From Patellaria atrata CBS 101060 (Eukaryota): a DNA stretch of 64,000 nucleotides. The position numbers and the translations under genes are program-made. The stretch lies in the NCBI GenBank assembly GCA_010093705.1, contig MU006099.1:558001-622000 (forward strand). The letters run 5' to 3'. The number at the start of each line of letters is the position of its first letter. Position 1 is the first letter of the stretch. Below are positions 12,214 to 24,992 of this stretch, piece after piece. The notes beneath the pieces are model-generated. The model saw nothing but the letters and a program-made list of their open reading frames with translations. It did not search any database and had not been told where the DNA came from.

Positions 12214-13749
12214 TTAGAATAAAGTGTCGAGAACAGCTTGGCCCATTCCGCATGCCTTCAATTTCAGATCAAAATACAACCTCATCAAGTCCTCCATAGA
12301 GTCCTTGGTGAGTCTTCCGCAGTATTTGACATCCTTACCGTAGGGAAGGTTGAAGCTGCCAGTAACGTTGACGACAGTTTTCTCCAATGGTTCCCAAGGG
12401 CGCTGCATCCTGTTATACGACTCCCAAGGGTGCGGCGTTTTATTACACGGCTCCATTAGCAAAAATCGGTAATGAATCGACGGGTTGATATATCCATCCT
12501 CATAAACGCTCTTCAACCCGATGTATTCTCGTTGTTTCTCTTCATTCATATGCCTAATGCCTTTACTGTTATGGGTATACAACGGGAGGACCTCGACATG
12601 ACTATCGTTTACACAAATGACGATCGCCCATCTACATTTGTGTAGGTATACATCATGTTTTACCTGGATGCAATCCTGTCCATCAATTGGGATTCTCTGG
12701 TCCCCACAGAGGTCTATAAGTTCCGTCTGTACGATATCTCCTGGCCGGAAATCAAACCCTAGGGCAATGCGGTCCTTGCTTTCGTAGACTTCCTTTGGTA
12801 ACATATAACCGTACGGCCTAGAATAGCGACGAGACGTTTGTAGGTAACCGCGACCAGATTTTTGAGTCCGATTAGGTCTCTCGAATTCTTTTGGTCTACG
12901 ATTTGGCATAAAGTTCTTGAGTCCCCGCCTAGCTTTGTCCCATACTTTCTTCGCGCGGCCAGAGTTGTTAGCACGTTCGATAGGTTCTTTGTCGTCCACA
13001 TCGGGATCGTCTATCTGCTGATTATAGTCAGTGTCAGAAAACCCTTCATCCTCGGGGAAGTAGTTATGGTCAAATGGATTCGAGTTTTCAATCTCACTCT
13101 CTTCCATATCCTCCTCAAAAATGGGGCCATTTGCTTGTCGTGGAGAGTCTACCCTGTGATTACTAAGATGAGGTTGGTCAACCTTCTTCGGAGCATTTAC
13201 CCTTTCTCCCCCTTGAACGAGCTGCTCAGCAACCTCCGGAAGATCCTCCATGAACTTTGACCGAACCGGTTGGTTAGATTCCTGATTCATGTCAGTGTTC
13301 TGCTTGAGCTCAGGCTCCTGCTCGGCGTCAGACTCTTCGACAGGGAGGGGTGACGTACCATTACTGGTTATCGACCCATGCATATTGAACGGGACGTTGA
13401 AACTAGGTTGAGCGCTGAGGTTCGTCGCCGAACGATTTCCAACCACATTTTCAGAGGCGCTCTTAGCACTCTGTGTACCGGAATTCTTACCATTAGTGTT
13501 ATCAATCTTCGCAACAGGCTGCTGACCTACCACCGGGGACTTACACTCGCGAAAATTGGTCTTCAAAGAGGACTGGTTCTCGGGCCAACCACTATGCTTC
13601 AACGAGGGCTCGTTCTCAGGCCACCCGCGCGGGACCACCTTCGGTCGGTTTGACTTACGACGAATATGGTTCATATATGCTTGCTTACTGAACTCTTTTG
13701 AAACGTGGCTGGGAGTCTTCCGCAGAGGACCAGTCGTAGATAAAGGCAT
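12214..13749 (-). CDS. Hypothetical protein: disordered N-terminus plus C-terminal DUF6590-like / PemK-MazF-like domain
   Basis: 511 aa intronless ORF. C-terminal pattern FRPGDIV..KCRWAIV..VLPLYTHNSKG..CGRLTKDSMEDL. 36-nt internal duplication at 13561-13626. Confidence 0.75.
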   Translation of the reverse strand: MPLSTTGPLRKTPSHVSKEFSKQAYMNHIRRKSNRPKVVPRGWPENEPSLKHSGWPENQSSLKTNFRECKSPVVGQQPVAKIDNTNGKNSGTQSAKSASENVVGNRSATNLSAQPSFNVPFNMHGSITSNGTSPLPVEESDAEQEPELKQNTDMNQESNQPVRSKFMEDLPEVAEQLVQGGERVNAPKKVDQPHLSNHRVDSPRQANGPIFEEDMEESEIENSNPFDHNYFPEDEGFSDTDYNQQIDDPDVDDKEPIERANNSGRAKKVWDKARRGLKNFMPNRRPKEFERPNRTQKSGRGYLQTSRRYSRPYGYMLPKEVYESKDRIALGFDFRPGDIVQTELIDLCGDQRIPIDGQDCIQVKHDVYLHKCRWAIVICVNDSHVEVLPLYTHNSKGIRHMNEEKQREYIGLKSVYEDGYINPSIHYRFLLMEPCNKTPHPWESYNRMQRPWEPLEKTVVNVTGSFNLPYGKDVKYCGRLTKDSMEDLMRLYFDLKLKACGMGQAVLDTLF

Positions 13750-14937
13750 AGTGATGATATTAGGGGAATTAGCCTTTTTTGAAGGTTTGAAGGGGTGTAA
13801 AAGATTTTGAGTAAATGTTTCTGCTTTCTATACACAGTATAGAACAAGTGAGACGCTTCTGTCGACGGGCCTAATGATGGTGAGGAATTAATTGCTTAAA
13901 TATATCAATTTTTCACTATATTCCATCCTCTTTGAAATTTGTCTACAAGGTACAATGCACGTGGACTAAGACATAGTCGCGAGCATCTTAAGAAGACAAT
14001 GGCATTGTCTTTCGCCTTTGATGGTTGGAGACGTTGACAAAGGGTCCAGTCGGCGCTTTGTTGCGAATTGGATCAGGGGGAACAATGGGTTTGTTCCTAA
14101 GATAACGGTTATGGTGGGAATGGCAAAGAAGTTCGTCGAAGAGATGATCCTCATTCTAGGGGCAGGGTGACTAGAATCTGGATTAGCTCCAAGTTTCAAC
14201 GATTCAACCGTAATATCAGTCAGAGCATAACCCGATAAAAGAGCTTGTCTTTATCCTCCTTTGCTCCTAGAGATAGTAGCATTCTTTCTTGGCGACCAAG
14301 ATGAGCATTCATTGCATCTAATGATGCCGTATCTCCTACTCTCTGTTCTTCTCCATGGCTGTTGGAGAATAAGATGCAAGTCGATGCGTCTCCAGATCTA
14401 GTACAAGCATTGAATGGTCTCCACGGTTACATTTTAACCCGAGAGGCTGATATCAACGTCAAGCCTGGACTATCAGGTCGGTCATCGACCTAAGATCCCC
14501 TTTCTGGTACGGCATTGATTACATGACAACACAGCTTACCCGGTCTTTTCTTGATCTCACTTCCGTCGACATGAAGGTGCTGAGATCTTGAAAAAATAGA
14601 GCGGCGCTTCATCATTGTCGCTAGCTATTTCGAACGTCTAAACTGCCTAACAAGCTCGGTATTTACCTTATACCTCAGTTTTGAGGTAAGATCGAGGGGT
14701 GTTGGGACTGAATGTAGTTAGAAGTCTCCTGGTCTGCCCTAAGGCAGAGCTTCTAAATAAGGTTTCAAAAATAACATCACGTGCGCACGCCCTTTTTTTC
14801 CTCTGCTAATTCCGCACCACATTGTGCTTTTATCTACCTTAACTTGCCTTACCATCTCACCTCCGCCGTATCTCCCCCCACAGAAAAAACCACACATCTA
14901 CAAACTCTTACGAGCGTAAGCTCACACCAACTCCAAA

Positions 14938-16035
14938 ATGCAAGGCTTCAACATGGGCCGGTACCACCCGCCCTCCTCCCTCGACCCCTCTCTCTCCAAC
15001 TCCAGCACCTCCCCACGCTTTAACCAAAACAAACACCCCCTCGGCTCCCGCGCAAAGAACATCTCAAAAGGAATCCTCATAGTCCGCTTCGAGATGCCCT
15101 TCGCAATATGGTGCAACACCTGCGAGTCGCGCAGCGGCAAACCCACCATCATCGGGCAGGGCGTGCGGTTCAACGCCGAAAAGCAGAAAGTCGGGATGTA
15201 CCATACCACGCCCGTTTTCAGTTTTAAGATGAAGCATGGGGCGTGTGGGGGTGTTATTGAAATCAGGGCGGAGCCGAAGTTGAGGGATTATGTGGTGAGT
15301 GAGGGGGCGAGGAGGAGGGATTATGGGGCCCCGCAGGATGGGGAGTTTGGGGGGAAGTTGCTAAGTAAGGAGGAGAAGGAGAGGAGGAGGGAGGATGCGT
15401 TTGCTGCGTTGGAGGGGAAGAAGGAGGATAAGACGCAGCAGAAGGTGGAGAAGAAGAGGGTGCAGGAGTTGTATGAGGTTAATGAGCGTGATTGGGCGGA
15501 TCCCTATGAAGCTAGTAAAAGGGTGCGGAAGGGGTTTAGGGTGGAGCAGAAAGAGTTAAAGGCAAAGGCGAAGGTTGCAGAACGGATTCAAGATAAATTC
15601 GGACTAGGGATGGAGATCGTGGAGGAGATAGAGGACGATGTGAGAAGAGCAGGTTTAATAGATTTTGGTGTGGGGGAGGCCAGTATAGCCGGCGGAAAAG
15701 CGACGATGAAACCTTTATTCGACATCCAGAGTAGAGAATCTAGCCTACAGACTGACAATAAAGTGAAAGGTAGGACGAAGAAAGAGGTTGAGGCAGAGAG
15801 AAGTAGGATCACCTTGCAGCAACAGTTGAAGGACAACACTATGGCGGTCCTCAACCCTTTTTCGCCGGATAATACTACTGCAACCAGCCCGAATACTAGG
15901 AGTCTTCGGATCATTGGGTTGAAAAAGAAGCAAACTGAATCAAATATCACCCAACGGAACTCGGGAATCAGCGACATCAAACCACCCGAGGTGATGAACT
16001 CGGCGATAGGGTTGGTCGATTATGAGTCGGATTGA
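14938..16035 (+). CDS. CWC16/Yju2 family splicing factor (CCDC130/Saf4-like)
   Basis: MQGFNMGRY start, VRFEMPFAIWCNTC..GQGVRFNAEK..HGAC zinc-binding motif, followed by a coiled coil. Confidence 0.9.
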   Translation: MQGFNMGRYHPPSSLDPSLSNSSTSPRFNQNKHPLGSRAKNISKGILIVRFEMPFAIWCNTCESRSGKPTIIGQGVRFNAEKQKVGMYHTTPVFSFKMKHGACGGVIEIRAEPKLRDYVVSEGARRRDYGAPQDGEFGGKLLSKEEKERRREDAFAALEGKKEDKTQQKVEKKRVQELYEVNERDWADPYEASKRVRKGFRVEQKELKAKAKVAERIQDKFGLGMEIVEEIEDDVRRAGLIDFGVGEASIAGGKATMKPLFDIQSRESSLQTDNKVKGRTKKEVEAERSRITLQQQLKDNTMAVLNPFSPDNTTATSPNTRSLRIIGLKKKQTESNITQRNSGISDIKPPEVMNSAIGLVDYESD

Positions 16036-16273
16036 CGTTCCCGCTATGACAGATCACGTTTGTATATGATTGCATAAAAAGGAGTTTGTATTGAGCATTT
16101 ATCGGCGTCTTATACCCCAGTTTGCGGAATATTCTATAAATCATAGCTTTTCATACCAATCGCGATCACTCCGCGTTTCCCAGGCCTCTGATGCGTAACA
16201 TTCCAAGGCGTCATAAATGGTGAATGGACGCATTCCAATCCTATGCTAATGGCCGTTATCTTTAATTAGAACT

Positions 16274-18517
16274 TTAAGCTGCGTTGTCGAGTATCAGCTT
16301 CGTGATCTTGCCAATGGCAATTGTTTGTCCCTATCGAATACAGAATCAGTAAGGATGAAAATACATGTTTTGGTAGGCGTAACTTACTTGATCTCTCAGC
16401 GTGAAGCGGCCCATCTGCGGATAGTCCTCAAATCTCTCCACGCAGACGGACGTACCACTAGTAACCTCAAGTCTGGCAATGATACTCATTCCCTTTGTGG
16501 CAAACCCTGGCGGCTTCTTGCTCTTCCTTCCGGTCCCCTTCTCCAGCTTATGTAGAAGAGAGCTGAATGTGACCTCTTCTGTAGCCGAATGAACGTGTAA
16601 TACGCAGTTGAAACCTGCGCTTAAGATACTCTTCAGTTCTAGTAATACAATCTGGGCCTCAAATGCTTGGACACAATGAACAGGTCGCTTCGGAGAGCAA
16701 AGTACAAAACCAGGCATAATGTCTTCTTCTTCGGCACCCCTGATTCTAATCCGTACCTGGTCACCGCAGGTAGCATGTTGAATTTCGTCTTCGGTTTCGC
16801 CATAAAGGGCCGAGATGCTGATGTTCTCGCGATTGGGCATCATGAGGTACGTGTTACCTTTCTTAAGCACGCCAGCTTCGATCTTACCCTCGATCATGGT
16901 GCCCATGTCGCGGTACTTGGCTGCAATAGGCATCATAAACGGAGCATTAACCTTCCTTTCGAGCGTTTGCATGCTATCGAGAAACTCAAGAAGGGAAGGA
17001 CCATCATACCAAGGGGCGATGTCCTTAGGCACTCGATCTTTGATACCGATCGTCGTCTGAGCGGAGATAGGCATGAATGTAAGGTCAGTCTTCGGGTTGT
17101 AGCCGACACCTCGAAGGAACTGAGCCAACTTAGTCGTGCACTCATCGTAACGTGCTTTGCTCCATTCGACCGTCGGGTCATCCATTTTGTTGACAACAAC
17201 AACGAGCTTGTTTACACCTTGAGTTTTGGCGAGTACGGCGTGCTCTCTGGTCTGCCCGCCCTTCTCAAACCCAGTCTCATATTCACCCTTTCGAGCAGAG
17301 ATGACTAGAACACCGATATCGGCCTGAGATGCACCACCAATCATATTTGGAACAAAGGTTTTGTGGCCAGGAGCGTCCAAGATAGTGTAGCGTCGTTTTT
17401 CCGTTTCAAAGAAGCCTCTCCCGACTTCCACTGTCTTGCCCTTCGAGCGTTCCTCCTTTGTGAGATCAAGTGCCCAAGAAAGATACCATGTTTCTCTTCC
17501 AGCTTCTTTGGCTTCTCGTTTGAATTTTTCCATCGTTCTCTCGTCGACCATTCCGGTGGCGTATAAGATACTGCCTCCAAGGGTTGACTTACCAGCATCG
17601 ACATGCCCTAGGAAAATAACATTAACGTGTTCCTTCCCGTACATCTCAGCTAAGACTTCCTCGTCGACATCTGCGGCTTGTTCTTTTGCAACTGCGTCAG
17701 CTTCTCGCGCTGCCGCTCTGGTTTCTGCCGCTGATGGGCTATTTCGACCAGAAGACGGAGCGGGTGAGGTATTGCCCGAATCCTCAGCTTGTGCCTCACC
17801 AGTCTTCTCCAGTGCTCTAGCGGCAGTCATTTTGGAACCCGCCTCAGGAGCGGATTTGTCGACATTCTCCTTTGCGGCCGATGGAGCGAGATCTGTACTT
17901 CCCAAGCTTAGAACTTTAGTACCACCTGTAGTCTCCACCTTCGGCGTTGAAGTATCACCAGTTATAGATAAAACCTTTGGTTTAGATGAAGAATCACCAC
18001 CGAGTGAGAAGACTTTGGCCTTGGCTGAAGCTGCTTCCGATGCTGCAGGTTTCTCCGCCGGCGGTGCAGGTTTAGAAGCCGGCTGTGAGAGGTTAGTTTC
18101 CCCCCTCTTTGCAATCACTGGTACCTGTCGCTGCTGTTGTTGGGGTTGTTGCTGGAAGTTATGTTGTTGATATTGACCGTACTGCTGTTGTTGGCCATAA
18201 GCACCTTGATTATACCCGTAACCTCCTGATGCTCCCTGATTATATTGAGGATAGCCTTGCTGCTGTCCGTATTGCGGATATCCATATCCCTGTTGCTGGT
18301 TATAGTACTGTCCTCCGCCATACTGATTGTAGCCTCCATATTGTTGATACTGTTGTCCTGGCTGGAAGGATTGTGCGCCGGGTTGGAAGCTCGAGGCGCC
18401 AGGTTGGAAAGCATGTGCACGAGGATTGTTTCCTATATTCAGATTCTGCTGTGTCTGTTGAGCTAGACTATCGTCTTGTGCATCTTTGTCGTCTTCCCAC
18501 GAATTGAGATCGGCCAT
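16274..18517 (-). CDS. SUP35: Translation termination factor eRF3; intron 16331-16387
   Basis: Q/Y/G-rich N domain, GHVDAGKS, DAPGH and NKMD motifs. Last exon GQTIAIGKITKLILDNAA* follows a GTAAGT..TAG intron. Confidence 0.97.
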
Positions 18518-19227
18518 GATGCAAAAATATTATGGAATAAGCGGGGCGAGTGCTTGAAGAGTCTTTGATAGTAATCTTCCTGAATGCGATAACGAGGTAC
18601 AGACTTTAGTTTTTCTGAGAAGTGGAGACAGAGGGATGGAGGGTCTTATACGAACTGCCTCACGCAAATTTCTGACCTAAATTGTGATCGTACTTGCAAG
18701 TTCTTGCTGTTCGAAGCATCAATTGGGGTAGAATTTCGAGGGGCAAAGCCAAGGCCCCCCGACACCCTCGAGACTCCCCCGCCCTTCGCCGCCCCCAGCC
18801 CTCCTTGACCGCAATACAACTAAGAGTGACTCTTACAGTATATCCTCGTCCTGTCACATACCTAACGAGATATCTAAGGTTACTGGTTAATGTGTATAGT
18901 CCTTGAACAATACTTATGTATATGACTCTATATAAATTCGAGACAGGTAATGGATGAGTCGCTTTTGTTTTGAAGCTATTGCTGCCTTAACTGTAACTTC
19001 ACATCACTGTGTGTTTGTTCACTTCACGCCCTCTACAAAGCCCAAACTTCCATTAACCTTCACAACCAAAGAGGTCAAGAGACCCAAGATGACTAAATTT
19101 CAAGTCACAAGGCTGTTTTGATTCATATTTAAGCCACTACTGATGAGTCTTCCTCCAACAAATCTCAAGAAACCAGTCATAGTCCTGCCACAAATTACTC
19201 TTGATACCAAGAATTAAGATACCAACG

Positions 19228-21618
19228 ATGGAGGTCTTACTGGGCAAGGTATGTAATACATCTCATAAACCAATCCTGAATGAAGTTCTGGAGAGCTTAG
19301 TGTGGAAGAATACTGATATGCGGGGCCAGGTCACCCAGCAGGCGATGAACTATGCTATCCGTTCAGGAGTTAGCATCACAGCCGGATATGCAATTGGTCA
19401 GTTCTCTCGGCTTGTTAAAAATGTCGATAAGGATAGCCATGAGAAGGATGAACTACGTGCCCTGCAACTACGGCTGGAGAGCAAAATCAGGATCATATCT
19501 CCCGCAATTGATATGATAGAGCTCATCGCCGCTCGGGGTAATACCTCCCTAGAATCCGCCGTCACGTTGACCAAATCATTGAGGTGGGATATCCAATCAT
19601 TGGGTCAAAGGCTAGCGAAAGCCGCATCAGATGAAGAGTTACTCCGTAAAAGTGTTTCGAAACCCGGGTCGAGAGTGGAAGCAGAAATAGAGCTTAAGCT
19701 CATCGTTGTAGCCATCAAGAAGCTTCTCGATAGGATCGAGGATGCCGTACCCCTGATCAATCTCGCAATCACGACCTCGGGTGTAAATCTCTCAACATCC
19801 CTACCAGCGACCGTATCTCCATCGAGGTTGTTGCAGGCGAGCACGTTCCTTACTTCTGGAGATACCCAGTACTCCATGTCATTATCTAACTCTGTTCAAA
19901 TTGGGCCCGTTTTCACCTTGTCATTATACATGCTATTCTCCGGTCATTCGAATAGACCTCAGTTTGAAGACAGCATCCGCGAGACCACCTGGAAAGAAGT
20001 CTTACACAAAGCTAGGGTAAAGCTTCTGAGAGTACCCCTACACAAGGTCTCATCTTTACCGTGCACGGGAACTCCATATGCGTCACCTTCTAAATCAACG
20101 TCAAACATACACCATGATGATACTCTTCCAGAGAAATTTCCCTCGGAAGGCAAGCCTCATGAGTTCGCCTATCAACTGCTCGTTATAGAAGACCTTGATG
20201 ATGACCGGGTGCACACATTTGAAGAGGACGAGCCGCAGCCGGGTCCGTTCGAAGACGTTGAATCAGCCGGTATTCGCGAGGTAATACCAATTCATGAAAT
20301 CTCCAAGATCTTTTATGCAGATACTGGGAAGATACTTAATATCGGTGCAGACGGGGAGACGAATAACCCGATCTTGCTGCTGAAGCGTGATGTCAATGCA
20401 AACCCGCCCCGAAGGATGATGGACCAAATCACTGAGCAACATGATTTGTACCAGGATATTCCGGAAAGTGACTACGGGGACACTAACCAGGCTCATCTAG
20501 ATGCACAAATTCACAGAGAGTTTTCTACCGCACCGGATACGGATCGTGACGATGAAGCCAATATCAAAGCGCAAGCATGGCGTCTCCCTCTAGACTTGGA
20601 TCGTGAATGGTTAGCGTTCGAGGTATACATAGAGGAACCCGAGTCGGGGTCGGAGGATGAAGGGACTATCGATCCACCCTCTAGTCCACCCGTACACGAC
20701 TCTGGCTTTCGCTCAACATCTGCTGGTCCGTCACTTGCATCAGCATTCTCGAATTTACATCTTCGAAACAGCCCGCTGAGCTCACCACCCTTCCCCGCTT
20801 CATCCCAAATACAGCCAGCAACTTCCAGAGTATACAGTGGCTCTTCACTTCCAGCAATACGTACATCCTTGTCGCTCCTCGAAATGCTGGTCCGTCTCAC
20901 TGCACTTCAACAATTCCAACAAGCGTCCCACCTCTCTATACCTGATGAGTTATTAACATTCTTCCTATCCGAGTCAAGCACTACCGGCGCTGGGAGCGAC
21001 ACGCAATTACGCAAACGGGTAAGGAGAGATGCCAGAAGGCGGGTAGGATTCGACCCTTACGATGAGAGTCCTATCAAGTTTCGCACAGAAGAGTATCTTC
21101 AGCAAGGGGGGCAACAATTCATCGATAACGCCCATCATGAGTCTAACTATGAAGGCGATGAACATCAATATGAGAATAGTGAGTGGGAGACACCAGGATC
21201 ACCCAACCCTGATGTCCCACTTCCTTCACGCGAAGGACCACCACCGGAGTCATCGAGGGCTGGAACACCAAGCAATGTCTCCTCACCTTTGTTTCGTAAG
21301 AGTGGTACTCAAAGCTTTCCATCAGGGAGGGTCGCTGGTTCATGCATGGTAAATCGGTTTCCTCCTGCGTACCAGCGGGCTCATAGCTCGCCAAGCAGAT
21401 ACCAGGATGACGAACCTCCATTTCCACAACCTCGATCTCAAACTGGTCGACCTTCTACACCATCCTCTGGATCAAAGACGAGACAGGGTGTACTAAAGCG
21501 AGAGGGCACCTCGATGAAGAGTCCTTTGGGTAAAGCACAGAATCTTGTGGTAAGATCTGAGTCGGATTCTGCGATTGGTACCAGCCCCAGCAGTGCAGAC
21601 AAAGCAAAGGAAGTGTGA
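19228..21618 (+). CDS. YRB30: RanGTP-binding protein (Yrb30 family); intron 19249-19329
   Basis: MEVLLGK|VTQQAMNYAIRSG, IISPAIDMIELIAARGNTSLES, AVPLINLAITTSG and LSLLEMLVRLTALQ blocks. Confidence 0.85.
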   Translation: MEVLLGKVCNTSHKPILNEVLESLVWKNTDMRGQVTQQAMNYAIRSGVSITAGYAIGQFSRLVKNVDKDSHEKDELRALQLRLESKIRIISPAIDMIELIAARGNTSLESAVTLTKSLRWDIQSLGQRLAKAASDEELLRKSVSKPGSRVEAEIELKLIVVAIKKLLDRIEDAVPLINLAITTSGVNLSTSLPATVSPSRLLQASTFLTSGDTQYSMSLSNSVQIGPVFTLSLYMLFSGHSNRPQFEDSIRETTWKEVLHKARVKLLRVPLHKVSSLPCTGTPYASPSKSTSNIHHDDTLPEKFPSEGKPHEFAYQLLVIEDLDDDRVHTFEEDEPQPGPFEDVESAGIREVIPIHEISKIFYADTGKILNIGADGETNNPILLLKRDVNANPPRRMMDQITEQHDLYQDIPESDYGDTNQAHLDAQIHREFSTAPDTDRDDEANIKAQAWRLPLDLDREWLAFEVYIEEPESGSEDEGTIDPPSSPPVHDSGFRSTSAGPSLASAFSNLHLRNSPLSSPPFPASSQIQPATSRVYSGSSLPAIRTSLSLLEMLVRLTALQQFQQASHLSIPDELLTFFLSESSTTGAGSDTQLRKRVRRDARRRVGFDPYDESPIKFRTEEYLQQGGQQFIDNAHHESNYEGDEHQYENSEWETPGSPNPDVPLPSREGPPPESSRAGTPSNVSSPLFRKSGTQSFPSGRVAGSCMVNRFPPAYQRAHSSPSRYQDDEPPFPQPRSQTGRPSTPSSGSKTRQGVLKREGTSMKSPLGKAQNLVVRSESDSAIGTSPSSADKAKEV

Positions 21619-21923
21619 GGTTGATAGAGAAACCCCCTATAAGTAGTTGTTCATAGTCACATAAGCCTTCGTGGGTTTGCAAGTGACATCAGATACCCCT
21701 TAGAGACTGTACGGTAGTATAGAATCAATATCATTATAATTCATGTACTCTTCAAGTCCAAATAATATCCTCACTCTCCGTAACTTGCCCTCTCTTGATG
21801 ATTGCGCCATAATCAACCAGAATCCCGCTAATGAAGTGACTTATCGTGTATTGCTGTTGACGCATGGCTCCCCGCCTCGAACCTTGTCTTGGCATGGAGC
21901 TTAGACAACGCGAGATACCTTAA

Positions 21924-23460
<1,537 letters not shown>

Positions 23461-23729
23461 GTACTATGTGATTTTATGTACGGAGTAACGATGGATGAGT
23501 TCCGCCGGCCGGTGAATTGTAAGGTGTTTGGCGTGTAGTCGATTACTTCTTGATGGATAAATGTTCTCTTATCTAGTATGTGGGATTCAGTGGGTACGCG
23601 GGAAATATATAACCTTTAAGGCAATCAATTCATGTCTAAGCCTGAGCCAACACTCTATCCCTATCATGCTCCAGCAACGCCATGCTGGTTATATCGAATC
23701 CACATAAACCACAACATCAAAGTCTACTT

Positions 23730-24370
23730 TCACCGTCTTTTCTTACTTACTACCGTAGTAAATCCATCTTCATCCACCTCTGGTTTCGGTTTCTCTTTCG
23801 GGGGTGCTTGGACAACGCCTTCCATCCTATCCTCATCATCATCCTCGCTCCCACTCTCCTCATCCACACTATCCAATTCCCCCCCATGATTATGCTCTAC
23901 CGCTTCAATATGCCCCACACCCACCGGCCTCCCCTTCCTCTCTTCCCACTCCCTCCTCATCTCCCCCAACTCCTTCAAATCGCCTTCACTGATACCCTTC
24001 CGCAATCTCATAATCGTCTTAGCCACCTCCACTTCGCTCTCGTCTTCGAGACTAATATCAAACTCATCGCCCATGACTTGGAGTAACACATCTTCAATGT
24101 CCTCGGCGTCGGTGTCGGGTTTGGTGACTATGAGCTCGGAGAGGGCGCCGGCGAGCCAGTCACGCTTGTCCGCACTGTCGGGGCCACCCCATTGGTTTTG
24201 TACAGCGAGGGTTAAGGCGGGCCAGCGGGAAAGTGATAGAGCGATTGCGAGGTCGAGGGAGGGGACTTGGGTTTTGGTTACCGGGGCTGTAGCGGGGATT
24301 AGCTTCAGGTTTTCTCGGGAGTGGATCAGAGAGACATACGTAGAATTTGAGACTCAGTTTGCGAAGTCAT
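23730..24370 (-). CDS. TSR2: Pre-rRNA processing protein Tsr2 (WGG domain); intron 24287-24339
   Basis: WPALTLAVQNQWGGPDSADKRDWLAG..VMGDEFD..EDES and the C-terminal VDEDGFTTV. Confidence 0.92.
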
Positions 24371-24992
24371 AATCGGTGATATCGAGGTTTACTTGGGCGA
24401 GGAGAAGAGTTTTAGGGAGAATTGTGGTTATAGAGAGCTATGAGTTCTCTGGACGAATGTCGGGGAGGTTTTCTTTGATGGGGACGGACTTGGCGTTGAA
24501 CCCCGCCGCCCTCCGCGCCGCGAAGGAACTACGATCGCCATGATGTACCCCGAACTTTACTGTGCCGCTCGTTTACATAAGAGATGAAATTTCTTATAGG
24601 GTTAAATACGGTTTTGGAGAGTATCTTAATTTTGGGGTGGAAGATTTTGAAACTGAAATAAATTAGAGATTTGGCTGATTCGGCTGATTCGGCTAGGGTT
24701 ATAGGGTCAATGGAAGGTTTACCCCTGATATCGACATCATCGCACAGCTCTCAGGGAGCTATCGGGCTATCTACAAGTACCAGCTTCGAGTACCTCACGT
24801 ACTTCATTTCTCCAAATGTGCAGGGCTTCCTTTGGAAACACAGTATTACTATTCAAGTACCTCAAGTTAATGTCTATTTCCACGTGATATTGAATTCTTT
24901 TGTGTTGTTTTGAACGACCCTCTCGGTTCCTCCTGTCCTTTCCATCCGGCCTATTGTGATTCAAGAGCGTTTTCCTCATATATATCTCCACC

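Noticed and set aside
17436..18170. 244-aa antisense ORF over SUP35 (and similar antisense ORFs over other genes)
   Set aside because: Shadow ORFs arising from codon bias of the real gene on the opposite strand.
19249..19329. In-frame stop-free introns (YRB30 81 nt; also PRE9 57 nt, KAP123 54 nt, RGG gene 75 nt) as regulated intron retention
   Set aside because: They have canonical donors, branch sites and acceptors; some short 3n stop-free introns are expected by chance.
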